This document shows, one piece after another, positions 29,659-38,652 of a stretch of DNA of 64,000 bases; position 1 is the first letter of the stretch; every line of letters begins with the position of its first letter. The position numbers and the translations under genes were made by a program. The stretch lies in the sequence record MK817115.1; one strand, 5' to 3'. The notes under the pieces were generated by a model, which was not told the origin of the DNA, made no database searches, and saw only the letters and a program-made list of their open reading frames with translations.

Positions 29659-29863
29659 TAGCAGTAGCAGTACTTAAAGCACTCAAATACCTCTGTACGG
29701 CTTGCTCTTGATGATCTGTACCTAAAAGTATATACACCCATAATTCATTGTAGTGTACATCTTCTGTATAAGGGTTGTTGTAACTTTTTGATAATATAGC
29801 ATCAAATTCAGATGCATAATCCCTTGTGAACTTAAACATATCTTGTTGTGTTATGATTCTCAT
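29642..29863 (-). CDS. LGTxxQE-family small protein
   Basis: LLGTDHQE. Confidence 0.85.
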   Translation of the reverse strand: MRIITQQDMFKFTRDYASEFDAILSKSYNNPYTEDVHYNELWVYILLGTDHQEQAVQRYLSALSTATANGVCV

Positions 29864-30075
29864 AACTTTTCCTGTATAAGCTTCTTAAGTATTTCTATGT
29901 GTGAATTAACAGTTCTTTCTTGATGCTGTGTTCCTAAGAGTGTCAGTACTATCATCTCTGAACGCAAAAGATTTTTTTCAAGTTCACTTATATCAGTTCT
30001 TGAATCAAGTGCCATATATTTGTGATTATTCTTCCTGAATAGTGCCAAGTACTCTTGATTTGATATTTCCTTCAT
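29860..30075 (-). CDS. LGTxxQE-family small protein
   Basis: LLGTQHQE. Confidence 0.85.
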   Translation of the reverse strand: MKEISNQEYLALFRKNNHKYMALDSRTDISELEKNLLRSEMIVLTLLGTQHQERTVNSHIEILKKLIQEKL

Positions 30076-30302
30076 AGTTTATTCCTGATGCCATTTAAAA
30101 GTGCTCTAATATGCTCATTGACAAATCGCTCTTGGGAATCTGTTCCTAGAGTGAGTAGCAATCTTAAATCTGAACTTTTGATGTGATATTCTAAATCATT
30201 CTTTGATTCTTGCATCAGTTTCTTAAAGGATGAGAAGTTTGCAGCCATTAGTTCAATGTATTCTGCTGTTCCTAGGGGTTTGTGTGTGTGCTGTCTGTGC
30301 AT
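30072..30302 (-). CDS. LGTxxQE-family small protein
   Basis: TLGTDSQE. Confidence 0.85.
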   Translation of the reverse strand: MHRQHTHKPLGTAEYIELMAANFSSFKKLMQESKNDLEYHIKSSDLRLLLTLGTDSQERFVNEHIRALLNGIRNKL

Positions 30303-30514
30303 TTTAATTGTATTACCCTTTTGAGTGTATTAATGTAATTATACACATTGGCTTCTTGATAGTTTGTTCCTAGAGTAGCTTGAACGTAGATTTCATTTAA
30401 CTTAATAATTTTATCAGAATCTGGAAGTTTTGATGTGTTAATGGCAAATAACTTCGAAAACAGTCCATTTATGATTGTTAGGTATTCTACTTCGGTAATG
30501 ATTCGCATTTGCAT
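30272..30514 (-). CDS. LGTxxQE-family small protein
   Basis: TLGTNYQE. Confidence 0.85.
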   Translation of the reverse strand: MQMRIITEVEYLTIINGLFSKLFAINTSKLPDSDKIIKLNEIYVQATLGTNYQEANVYNYINTLKRVIQLKCTDSTHTNP

Positions 30515-30726
30515 TGGATAAACCTTTTTAGTTCATTGATGTAATCATTAATATTGCATTCTTGATAGTTAGTCCCTAGTGTAGCTTGAACATAGATTTC
30601 ACTTACTAGAATACTTATTTCATCATCTGGTAATTTCATGCTTTTTGTTATAAACAGCTTTAGAATTAAACTACTTAATAGTTGGTTGTATTCTGTGGGT
30701 GAAATGATTTTCATTTGCATTTGCAT
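30487..30726 (-). CDS. LGTxxQE-family small protein
   Basis: TLGTNYQE. Confidence 0.85.
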   Translation of the reverse strand: MQMQMKIISPTEYNQLLSSLILKLFITKSMKLPDDEISILVSEIYVQATLGTNYQECNINDYINELKRFIQCKCESLPK

Positions 30727-30932
30727 TTTCTCAGTACTGATTCTTTAAGTTCATTAATGTAGCACTCTACATATTCTTCTTGTAGGTTTGTTCCGATATG
30801 TAACAGTACTCTTAAATCTGCTCTCAGTACTTCTTTATCATCTTCATCTATATCAGACAGTGTTATGTTTAAGAATTTACTTGAACTCTCTATAAGTAAT
30901 ATTACTGAATCACCTTTGCTTAAAATTTTCAT
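30711..30932 (-). CDS. LGTxxQE-family small protein
   Basis: HIGTNLQE. Confidence 0.85.
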   Translation of the reverse strand: MKILSKGDSVILLIESSSKFLNITLSDIDEDDKEVLRADLRVLLHIGTNLQEEYVECYINELKESVLRKCKCK

Positions 30933-31140
30933 AATCTCTTTTTGCTTTCCTCGCCAAAAGGTACATATACGATTCTTCGTATTGTGCTTGGTAGTTTGTG
31001 TTTAAGAGTCGAAACAACTTCTGTTCTGCTAGAACGAGTTGCTTATCTTCATAACAACGATAGCGTATCAACTTTTTGTATTCGATGTTGATTACATCCA
31101 TTACTATAAGCCCATGTTCATCATCTGTCAAGTGTTTCAT
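30910..31140 (-). CDS. LGTxxQE-family small protein
   Basis: LLNTNYQA. Confidence 0.85.
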   Translation of the reverse strand: MKHLTDDEHGLIVMDVINIEYKKLIRYRCYEDKQLVLAEQKLFRLLNTNYQAQYEESYMYLLARKAKRDYENFKQR

Positions 31141-31379
31141 GCATTTTTTCTTTTTCTTATATGTTTAGTTAAAAGGTATATTAGTTTTCTATTGTATTCT
31201 TCCTGATAGTTTGTTCCTAATAGTGCAAGAAGTTTTGCTTCAACTAAAGCTAATTGACGTTCTTCAAATGTGTGTTCCAGTATGTACTTGGGGTTTGATT
31301 TTTTAGCGTAAGCACTATTAGTCTTCATTACAATCTTATGATATTCATTAGCAGTTAGGATTTTTAAATACTTGATCAT
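31137..31379 (-). CDS. LGTxxQE-family small protein
   Basis: LLGTNYQE. Confidence 0.85.
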   Translation of the reverse strand: MIKYLKILTANEYHKIVMKTNSAYAKKSNPKYILEHTFEERQLALVEAKLLALLGTNYQEEYNRKLIYLLTKHIRKRKNA

Positions 31380-31599
31380 GTATCTTTTCCTTTATAGAGA
31401 ATTTAAGATATCGAAGCATACTTTCAATGTAATACTCTTGTCTGTCAGTGCCAAGAAAGTACATGAGTTGAATGTATAAAACTTCTGCACTCCTTTCCGC
31501 TGGAGACTTGTTTGTGTCGTTTGGAAGTTGATTTGTATGTTTTCTTGATTTAATTAGTCGTTCTTTTAACTCATCGTCTGTTAAGTATTTCATTTGCAT
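31348..31599 (-). CDS. LGTxxQE-family small protein
   Basis: FLGTDRQE. Confidence 0.85.
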   Translation of the reverse strand: MQMKYLTDDELKERLIKSRKHTNQLPNDTNKSPAERSAEVLYIQLMYFLGTDRQEYYIESMLRYLKFSIKEKIHDQVFKNPNC

Positions 31600-31825
31600 T
31601 TACTTTTTCCTTAATAGTGATTTTAAGATATCTAATCATACGTGCAACATATTCCTCTTGTCTATCAGTTCCCAGAAGATATGGTAGTGATTGGAATAAT
31701 ACTTCTGCACTCCTTTCTGCTGGGGTTTGGTTTAGGTCAATTGGACGTTTATTGGTATATCTCTTGGCACGAACTAATCTCTCGACGTATTCATTATAGG
31801 TTAAGTATATCATTTCATTTTGCAT
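31571..31825 (-). CDS. LGTxxQE-family small protein
   Basis: LLGTDRQE. Confidence 0.85.
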   Translation of the reverse strand: MQNEMIYLTYNEYVERLVRAKRYTNKRPIDLNQTPAERSAEVLFQSLPYLLGTDRQEEYVARMIRYLKITIKEKVNANEILNRR

Positions 31826-32045
31826 TTACTTTTTCCTTAATACTCATTATAAGATGTTCAATCATATTTTGAACCATAAATTCTTGTTTATCAGTTCCAA
31901 GAACGTATGGTAGCTTCTGAAACAATACATTTGCAGATACTTCAGATATTGATTGATTTGGACCGAACTTAAGAGTAATGTTTTTGGTTTTTAACATCTT
32001 CTCTTGAAATTCTTCATTCGTTAAGTATATCATTTCATTTTGCAT
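31815..32045 (-). CDS. LGTxxQE-family small protein
   Basis: VLGTDKQE. Confidence 0.85.
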   Translation of the reverse strand: MQNEMIYLTNEEFQEKMLKTKNITLKFGPNQSISEVSANVLFQKLPYVLGTDKQEFMVQNMIEHLIMSIKEKVNAK

Positions 32046-32261
32046 TTACATTCTCTCATATATATTTTGGGTTAAAAGGTCAATCCAGATTTCCACATAT
32101 CGTTGTTGGTGTTGCGTCCCTAACAGTACACCCAACTTAGCTTCACACTCTAATAACAATCTGGTTTTGTATGGTAGACTTTGGAATCCTATAGTAGCAT
32201 CTAATTTGGTAATTGCATAGTTGATTCGGATGAATCTTTCTTGCAATGTGATGTTGATCAT
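32046..32261 (-). CDS. LGTxxQE-family small protein
   Basis: LLGTQHQQ. Confidence 0.85.
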   Translation of the reverse strand: MINITLQERFIRINYAITKLDATIGFQSLPYKTRLLLECEAKLGVLLGTQHQQRYVEIWIDLLTQNIYERM

Positions 32262-32548
32262 TTCTTAGTACACCTCAGTGGTTGGGTCATTTGATGAAAG
32301 TACAGCTTACCTCTGATTTCCAGTAGCAACTCCGCGATTAAGCGATTTACTTCTGTATCTTGATAGTTTGTTCCTAAGAATACACCCATCTTTAACTCAC
32401 GCATCATAATCATTTTCTTACTGTGTTGAATTTCTGGGTTGTGATAGATTGTATTACGTTTGTGCGTAATTTTTGTCATACGCTCGGTATATTCATCTTT
32501 ACTTAAATTGATCATTTGCATGTTCATCAACCTCACATTTATTTTCAA
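32258..32548 (-). CDS. LGTxxQE-family small protein
   Basis: FLGTNYQD. Confidence 0.85.
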   Translation of the reverse strand: MKINVRLMNMQMINLSKDEYTERMTKITHKRNTIYHNPEIQHSKKMIMMRELKMGVFLGTNYQDTEVNRLIAELLLEIRGKLYFHQMTQPLRCTKK

Positions 32549-32550
32549 TA

Positions 32551-32817
32551 CTATTCTTTAGTTTGTAGATATAGTTTTCTTCCAATATATCTCTTAAGTG
32601 CGATTATGTATTCATCTACATAATACTCCTGATAGTTTGTTCCTATGAATGCACCCACCTTTAACTCAAGTTTCATAATCATCTTATTTCCGTGTTTAAT
32701 GACTTCTCCGTGATGGATTTCATTAAGTCCAGGTGCAATTTTTACCAGGCGTTCTTTATATTTTGCTTGAGATAATTTAATCATTTTCATGTTAATTACC
32801 CTTACATTTATTTTCAA
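32551..32817 (-). CDS. LGTxxQE-family small protein
   Basis: FIGTNYQE. Confidence 0.85.
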   Translation of the reverse strand: MKINVRVINMKMIKLSQAKYKERLVKIAPGLNEIHHGEVIKHGNKMIMKLELKVGAFIGTNYQEYYVDEYIIALKRYIGRKLYLQTKE

Positions 32818-33022
32818 TACTATTCATGAGTTCTATAAGATAGTTTTCTACCTTACCTTCCTGATAGTTAGTCCCTAGGAAGTTGCACAACACGGCTTCT
32901 ATGATTTTGATTTTCCTGATATCAGGCTTCAATCTTTTGTTATTGAATATTTGAATCCTTATATCTCTGGATGCATTTAAACGTTTTTGATATTCATGGT
33001 AAGTTAAATTAATCATTTTCAT
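32792..33022 (-). CDS. LGTxxQE-family small protein
   Basis: FLGTNYQE. Confidence 0.85.
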   Translation of the reverse strand: MKMINLTYHEYQKRLNASRDIRIQIFNNKRLKPDIRKIKIIEAVLCNFLGTNYQEGKVENYLIELMNSIENKCKGN

Positions 33023-33237
33023 TTACGTTTAACCTCTCGCTGGAGGGCATCAATTAACATCAGTACAGCATTCTCTTGATAGTTTGTTCCTAAGACTGAA
33101 AGCATCTTTATCTCATTTACTAAAATCAACTTCTTTGAGGGTTCAATAATGTGACTATCATAAACGGCCTTACGTGCTGGATAAGTTTTCGCCAGTATAA
33201 CATAAAATTCGTCTTTACTTAAATTAATCATTTGCAT
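33019..33237 (-). CDS. LGTxxQE-family small protein
   Basis: VLGTNYQE. Confidence 0.85.
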   Translation of the reverse strand: MQMINLSKDEFYVILAKTYPARKAVYDSHIIEPSKKLILVNEIKMLSVLGTNYQENAVLMLIDALQREVKRK

Positions 33238-33446
33238 TTACTTTTAACCTCTTTCTGTAGAGCGTCAATCCATAGATCCACATACATTTGTTGATAGTTT
33301 GTGCCTAAGAGTGCACCTACATAGAGTTCAGTTACTAGTGCGTGCTTAAGGTTAGCTTGGATGCTCTTATCGCTTGATAAGATTTTCCTTCTGCTGGTGC
33401 ATGTTTTCAGGAGTCTGATGTATTCAAAGCCTTGTAAATTTCTCAT
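33228..33446 (-). CDS. LGTxxQE-family small protein
   Basis: LLGTNYQQ. Confidence 0.85.
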   Translation of the reverse strand: MRNLQGFEYIRLLKTCTSRRKILSSDKSIQANLKHALVTELYVGALLGTNYQQMYVDLWIDALQKEVKSKCK

Positions 33447-33658
33447 ATTTTGGATACCACCTTGTTACGTAAGGCACTTAACAATACGTCAGTGTAGATG
33501 TTTTGATAGTTTGTCCCTACGAAAGCACCCAACTTCATTTCAGCTATTATAACACATTTGTCCTCTTGTGCAATAGATTTGTTTAACACAATACTATACA
33601 CTTTTGATTTGATAGTTTGTAACCTCCAATGATACTGAAACTCATTTAGTGTTATCAT
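33443..33658 (-). CDS. LGTxxQE-family small protein
   Basis: FVGTNYQN. Confidence 0.85.
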   Translation of the reverse strand: MITLNEFQYHWRLQTIKSKVYSIVLNKSIAQEDKCVIIAEMKLGAFVGTNYQNIYTDVLLSALRNKVVSKI

Positions 33659-33893
33659 TCTCTCGTCTCCATATCTCGGTTCTAATGTGTTGACATTGTG
33701 CTTCGATGAACATATCTATTGATTTGGCAATTGCTTTTTTATCAGTGCCTGTCATCAGTACAAGCATCTCTGCCTCACTATGAATTAAACGCATGATATC
33801 ATAGGGTAATATTTCAGATACAGTGTCATAGTGTTTCTGTGCCAGTGTCTGTAATAGTTTACAATACATTTTGTGATTTAGTCTGTGTCGCAT
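33642..33893 (-). CDS. LGTxxQE-family small protein (variant)
   Basis: EAEMLVLMTGTDKK. Confidence 0.8.
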   Translation of the reverse strand: MRHRLNHKMYCKLLQTLAQKHYDTVSEILPYDIMRLIHSEAEMLVLMTGTDKKAIAKSIDMFIEAQCQHIRTEIWRRENDNTK

Positions 33894-34150
33894 TGTTTAT
33901 TCCATTCTCTTCTGGCTTGACGGGTTTTATCTGATATTTCGTTTCTCAATGCAGCGATATATCGTAGAGTGAACAGTTCTTGATAGTTAGTCCCTATGAA
34001 TTTATTAAGATATACATCAGCGTTGACGATATCAGCTTCACGGGAATTATAAAGTTTATTGTTCGTGCGGAGGGTGTTTAGAAGAGAGAAGAGGGCAGTC
34101 TGATACTCCACTCCTGATAAAATCTTCATGTTTTGTGAGCAAATAATCAT
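33878..34150 (-). CDS. LGTxxQE-family small protein
   Basis: FIGTNYQE. Confidence 0.85.
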   Translation of the reverse strand: MIICSQNMKILSGVEYQTALFSLLNTLRTNNKLYNSREADIVNADVYLNKFIGTNYQELFTLRYIAALRNEISDKTRQARREWNKQCDTD

Positions 34151-34370
34151 CTAGTTTATCCTGTATAACATTCGTTAATTGTTCGATATATTCTGTGCAA
34201 AACTTATCTTGATATTGAGTCCCCATAAAGTACAGCAACCATAGCTCATTAACTTTAGCTCGCATTTGGTTCCATGTAAGGCTGGGGTCACCGTAGACTA
34301 TCCTTGTGATGGGGGTTAGTTTACGAATTATAGTTTCAAATTCATCATCAGTTAAGTGTTTCATTTGCAT
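34056..34370 (-). CDS. LGTxxQE-family small protein
   Basis: FMGTQYQD. Confidence 0.85.
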   Translation of the reverse strand: MQMKHLTDDEFETIIRKLTPITRIVYGDPSLTWNQMRAKVNELWLLYFMGTQYQDKFCTEYIEQLTNVIQDKLDDYLLTKHEDFIRSGVSDCPLLSSKHPPHEQ

Positions 34371-34579
34371 TTGTCCCTTATTAAATCAGTGAGGGCAACT
34401 ATGTGTGCAACAACATACTCTTCCTGAAAGTTCGTCCCCAGTACAGCCATCATGCGTATATCGGTGGTGTTTATCCTGTGTTCCCTTACACATAAACCTT
34501 CTGTGTGAGGAAGTGTAAAATATTTGTTTATTGCAGCAACGATAATTTTATTCTTCTCGGAGTTACTTAAATGTTTCAT
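34361..34579 (-). CDS. LGTxxQE-family small protein
   Basis: VLGTNFQE. Confidence 0.85.
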   Translation of the reverse strand: MKHLSNSEKNKIIVAAINKYFTLPHTEGLCVREHRINTTDIRMMAVLGTNFQEEYVVAHIVALTDLIRDKCK

Positions 34580-34788
34580 AGTTTACTCCTGATATAATTC
34601 TGAAGTGCAATTAAGTATTCCCCTACATAATACACCTGAAAGTCTGTATCAAGGAATGCACCCATAAGTAAATCTTTTTCTAATACCCTTGATAAGTTAA
34701 GGTCTGCATTTGAAAGGTATATAAGTAAGATTTCACCCTGTGCGGAATTGAAACGTTTCTTATATTCTTCTGGTGTTAAAAAAATCAT
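34576..34788 (-). CDS. LGTxxQE-family small protein
   Basis: FLDTDFQV. Confidence 0.85.
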   Translation of the reverse strand: MIFLTPEEYKKRFNSAQGEILLIYLSNADLNLSRVLEKDLLMGAFLDTDFQVYYVGEYLIALQNYIRSKL

Positions 34789-35000
34789 AATTTGCTCCTG
34801 ATATATTTCTCAAGAGATGACAAATACTTTTCCTCATAATACTTCTGATAGTCTGTTCCTAAGAATGCACCCAATAGTATATCATTTTCCAATACCTCGG
34901 CTAAGTTTAAATCAGAAGTCTCTTCGTATATTATGAGGATTTCAAGTTGTCTGGCAGCGATGCGTTCAGTATATTGATATGAGTTTTCTATAATAATCAT
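34785..35000 (-). CDS. LGTxxQE-family small protein
   Basis: FLGTDYQK. Confidence 0.85.
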   Translation of the reverse strand: MIIIENSYQYTERIAARQLEILIIYEETSDLNLAEVLENDILLGAFLGTDYQKYYEEKYLSSLEKYIRSKL

Positions 35001-35206
35001 AATTTACTCTTTATATCTTGAATTAAAAATCGAATCCATTCTTCAACATAATCTTCCTGATGGTTTGTGTTCAGTACAGCCAACATGCGGATCTCTGCTC
35101 TTGCAACTTCAATTTCAGTTTTAGGAAGGTCTTTGCTGATATCCACCATTAAGTCCATGTATTTCAAGATAAGACCGTATGATTGGGTTCGTGTTATAGT
35201 TTTCAT
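34997..35206 (-). CDS. LGTxxQE-family small protein
   Basis: VLNTNHQE. Confidence 0.85.
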   Translation of the reverse strand: MKTITRTQSYGLILKYMDLMVDISKDLPKTEIEVARAEIRMLAVLNTNHQEDYVEEWIRFLIQDIKSKL

Positions 35207-35403
35207 TGTTTCCTCGTGGACAATATTTTATTTTTCAATGTATCCATATATTGAATCACCCATCTTTCCTGATAGTTAGTTCCCAAAGTAATCAAAAGGT
35301 ATAACTCCATTCGTTCTACGTGTGTGTCTGTATTATAAATCTTTGTGAAGTTTTTACGTAACAGTGATTGATATTCTTCTTTATTTAAAATACGCATTTT
35401 CAT
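35203..35403 (-). CDS. LGTxxQE-family small protein
   Basis: TLGTNYQE. Confidence 0.85.
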   Translation of the reverse strand: MKMRILNKEEYQSLLRKNFTKIYNTDTHVERMELYLLITLGTNYQERWVIQYMDTLKNKILSTRKQ

Positions 35404-35627
35404 AGTTTACTCGTTATATCTTCAATTAAATACCAAATCCAATCGTTGACATACCTTTCCTGAAAGTTAGTTCCAATGAATAGTGCCATAATTAATTCAC
35501 GCTTATAGGCAATACCACGGTCATGGGACTTATACATTATCATAGCCATGTTATTGATAAGTCTTTCGTGGTGCTGTTCTTTAGTTAAAATACGCATAGG
35601 GACTCCCTTAAAATTATTATCGATCAT
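35400..35627 (-). CDS. LGTxxQE-family small protein
   Basis: FIGTNFQE. Confidence 0.85.
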   Translation of the reverse strand: MIDNNFKGVPMRILTKEQHHERLINNMAMIMYKSHDRGIAYKRELIMALFIGTNFQERYVNDWIWYLIEDITSKL

Positions 35628-35752
35628 ATTTTATACGATTCATATAAAAAGTCAATAACATTTTATTCGTAATACCCCTTTATCGAAGTCGCTAAGGTTA
35701 CCCGCCCTTTAGCCCCCTACGCATTTTGCCATAGTCCAATCCCTTTTATTTC

Positions 35753-35818
35753 AAAAAAGTCAAGGGATTACCTATGCATTTTTTTAACGCATAATTTTAA
35801 AAACGCCTTGACTTTTTT
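35753..35818. repeat. 13-bp perfect inverted repeat pair at region boundary
   Basis: AAAAAAGTCAAGG (35753-35765) / CCTTGACTTTTTT (35806-35818). Confidence 0.7.
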
Positions 35819-35846
35819 CTGAATCAGTACTAGATCCCTTTACGCA

Positions 35847-36056
35847 TTAATCCTTCGTTACGCTAACGATTATCTGTGTATCCCCGTAGTCCTGCCATAC
35901 TTCCACGCCATCGGTCGCCCTGGTTAGTCGTGCTGTCATCTGCTTAATGGTCTTAGGCTTTAGTGGAACCTGTTGCAGTACTGTACGCATAGCATCATTG
36001 ACGTTATCATGTACGCCTGCAATAGTACCTAGAACGCTGTATACTGTATAGAACAT
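35847..36056 (-). CDS. early hypothetical protein
   Basis: 69 aa, AGGAG RBS. Confidence 0.8.
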   Translation of the reverse strand: MFYTVYSVLGTIAGVHDNVNDAMRTVLQQVPLKPKTIKQMTARLTRATDGVEVWQDYGDTQIIVSVTKD

Positions 36057-36124
36057 ATGTATGTACTCCTGATATAGTTAAGGCCGCTACAAGGCGGCCT
36101 ATGATGTTTGGTGATGTGTAACGC

Positions 36125-36526
36125 TTACAGTCCTAAGATAGTGCGTGCTTCGTTACGTTCCGTACACAGCTGCATGATGTGAGCAAGTAAGTCCTTGCTA
36201 ATGTATCCGTTGTCCATAGCTTCACGGATAGATACATCATAAGCACCGAACCCCGTGCGAACGATACGCACATCATTCAGGTTAGTATTATAGATACCGC
36301 CGAGATCAACGGCTTCGAATACTACATCAACAGAATATTCATTGTTGCCATCGTGGAAGTTTTCCAGTGCAATAGTATTGGATACCGCCCAACGTTTGCA
36401 GTTTCCAATGATGCGGCACTGTTCCGGTTGGATAGTGCCATTACTTACAGCGTACTCCAGTGCATCTTTACCGAAAGTCCGAGCCAGTACTAAAACGTCA
36501 GCGAAGGAATTGATTGAGAAGGTCAT
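36125..36526 (-). CDS. early hypothetical protein
   Basis: Start trimmed to MTFSIN after cassette RBS. Confidence 0.8.
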   Translation of the reverse strand: MTFSINSFADVLVLARTFGKDALEYAVSNGTIQPEQCRIIGNCKRWAVSNTIALENFHDGNNEYSVDVVFEAVDLGGIYNTNLNDVRIVRTGFGAYDVSIREAMDNGYISKDLLAHIMQLCTERNEARTILGL

Positions 36527-36615
36527 GATAAAACTCCTTAATTTAGGAGGGAGAACCATTTCCCCCTCTCTATGTAAAACATTATACTTGATTCTAAGTA
36601 CTATGCAAGTACTTT

Positions 36616-36948
36616 TTACATTTTAATACCTGGATTCAGGTAGCGGTGAGATCCATATTCTGGATCGGTTTCGGTCCAGTACTGTAAATCTATAGTACCT
36701 TTAGCGTTAATCTTGTCTACCAGCTTATTCATCTTAGCGTATACTACATCAGCATCGATGCGTTTAAAGCCAGTAGCTTTAGTGAAGTAGTAGTGATTTG
36801 CTTCACTATCATTAAGGATATACCGAGCACCGTTTGCAGTCTGTGCGATAATGATTGAGTATTCTACTTCCCGATCCAGACCGTCGATGAATACAGATGA
36901 AACATTGGTACGGATGAAAGCTTTAACGATAGCGATTGAAGTACTCAT
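36616..36948 (-). CDS. early hypothetical protein
   Basis: 110 aa, AGGAG RBS. Confidence 0.8.
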   Translation of the reverse strand: MSTSIAIVKAFIRTNVSSVFIDGLDREVEYSIIIAQTANGARYILNDSEANHYYFTKATGFKRIDADVVYAKMNKLVDKINAKGTIDLQYWTETDPEYGSHRYLNPGIKM

Positions 36949-37100
36949 TTTGAATCTCCTAACTTTGTGGGCCGTCGCACCATTGCCGCCCTACGAGATA
37001 CATTATTGCAGTACTGATATACTTTGTCAATACTTTTTTATTAATAGTTTTAGTTCCACCAGCAGATAGTTACTCACCGTTATTAACTATATATTTTGGA

Positions 37101-37178
37101 TACACTCCTGCACCCAGTGGGCTAGTTTTTGTCTATGCGTATATAATAGCAAAGGGACTGACCGGAGTCAATCCCTTT
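37101..37178 (-). promoter_or_regulatory. class B unit: UNCG terminator + promoter + CCCANNGGGTGC
   Basis: Hairpin 37151-37178; TTGACT-17-TATTAT; motif 37110-37121. Confidence 0.8.
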
Positions 37179-37192
37179 TTTATTCTTTTTTG

Positions 37193-37393
37193 TTAGATGA
37201 TTCTCCAATCTTCTACGATCATGGTAAGATAACGGACCATCGATTCAAGTGATTCGAATTCCCGATAGTCTGCCGCTCCACCAGCGGTACAAGTACAGCC
37301 GATTAAACCATTTTGCAATTCCTTAATCTGTACATCGATAAGGTTGGCTTTAGCTTCTTTCAGTACTTCAACCAGGGCGATAGCGATAGACAT
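37193..37393 (-). CDS. early hypothetical protein
   Basis: 66 aa behind class A cassette. Confidence 0.8.
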   Translation of the reverse strand: MSIAIALVEVLKEAKANLIDVQIKELQNGLIGCTCTAGGAADYREFESLESMVRYLTMIVEDWRII

Positions 37394-37483
37394 AATGTTT
37401 TACTCCAAACTATTAGCGGGAGAACTATTCCCCCGCTCTATGTAAAACATTATACATTACTGGTTAGTACTGTCAAATAGTTT

Positions 37484-37741
37484 TTATGAAATATCTTCGA
37501 TGTAGTCGGCCCATTTCATTTTTTCAGTACTGTCAATGGCTACCGGATTATTTGGATCAAACCATTCACCATTACCGCAGTACATACCAACGGCTACGGT
37601 TTTATAGCCATCCTGGGCCGTACTCCACGACATTGCACGATAGATATGGCCTTTAACTGGTTGCAGTACTGGTAATGTTTTATGGTCTTCTACGTAGGCC
37701 ATAGCTTGAGGATTTACCCGATATTGTGTGAACTGTTCCAT
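37484..37741 (-). CDS. early hypothetical protein
   Basis: 85 aa with own promoter/RBS. Confidence 0.8.
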   Translation of the reverse strand: MEQFTQYRVNPQAMAYVEDHKTLPVLQPVKGHIYRAMSWSTAQDGYKTVAVGMYCGNGEWFDPNNPVAIDSTEKMKWADYIEDIS

Positions 37742-37817
37742 TATGTTTCCCCTTGTAGTTAGTAAAGTTATTACATCAGTACTATCAAGCTATGTCAATA
37801 GTACTGAAATAAAACTT

Positions 37818-38042
37818 TTAGATTAGATTATTGATGCCTGAAATGGTAGACTCACTTTCTTCTTTCTCCCATTGGCGGTAGTACTTCCACGCTTCATGAT
37901 AGGTGGCGATCAGTTCATCTTTTTGATCCTGAGTACATGCCAGTACTGAATCACTGTAAGCGGTGTTATAGATAGAATCGAATGATTTCTTCTCTTCTGC
38001 CAGGTTAGCTACTTCCCGCATCAGTTCATCAAAGTTAGCCAT
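37818..38042 (-). CDS. early hypothetical protein (acidic)
   Basis: Start trimmed to MANFDE. Confidence 0.8.
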   Translation of the reverse strand: MANFDELMREVANLAEEKKSFDSIYNTAYSDSVLACTQDQKDELIATYHEAWKYYRQWEKEESESTISGINNLI

Positions 38043-38110
38043 TTTAGTACTCCTTATTAGTGGGGGAGGATATCTCCCCCTATGCAAAACATTATACTTT
38101 GTTTTAGTTA

Positions 38111-38374
38111 TTATGCAAGTACTTTTTTCATATAAACATTAAATTCTACACCGCCGTAACCTTCTACGATGATATGTTTTGCGTTATCACGTTTGCACAT
38201 AGTGAAACCGTTGTTGATGTGTTCTGCATTTTCCAGGGCGACATCACCGATAGCGGCACATACGGCACTAATAACAGTATTCCGCAAAGTACTGGTATCA
38301 TTAGCGGTCATAGTAGTTTGCAGTACTACGTTGTCGTATACGTGTGCATTGATAGTGATTTCGATAGTGTTCAT
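38111..38374 (-). CDS. early hypothetical protein
   Basis: 87 aa behind class A cassette. Confidence 0.8.
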   Translation of the reverse strand: MNTIEITINAHVYDNVVLQTTMTANDTSTLRNTVISAVCAAIGDVALENAEHINNGFTMCKRDNAKHIIVEGYGGVEFNVYMKKVLA

Positions 38375-38460
38375 GGTGTATCTCCTGCACAGTCGGGAGA
38401 ACTATTCCCCCGCTCTATGTAAAACATTATACGTTAATCTAACTACAATGCAAGTACTTT

Positions 38461-38652
38461 TTAAATTTTATTTCCGATATAGTCCGGTCTATTCTTTTCG
38501 GTCATACGCTTTGCTAATGTTTGCATATGGCTTATTGCGTTTAATGTGTCTTCCTCCAGGGATGAATCAACATAATCAGGATCATTCTTCACCTTGCAAT
38601 GATTATGATAGCGTAGTACTGCCAGTACTTTTTTAACTTCTTCTACTGTCAT
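38461..38652 (-). CDS. early hypothetical protein
   Basis: 63 aa, ATGA-coupled. Confidence 0.75.
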   Translation of the reverse strand: MTVEEVKKVLAVLRYHNHCKVKNDPDYVDSSLEEDTLNAISHMQTLAKRMTEKNRPDYIGNKI

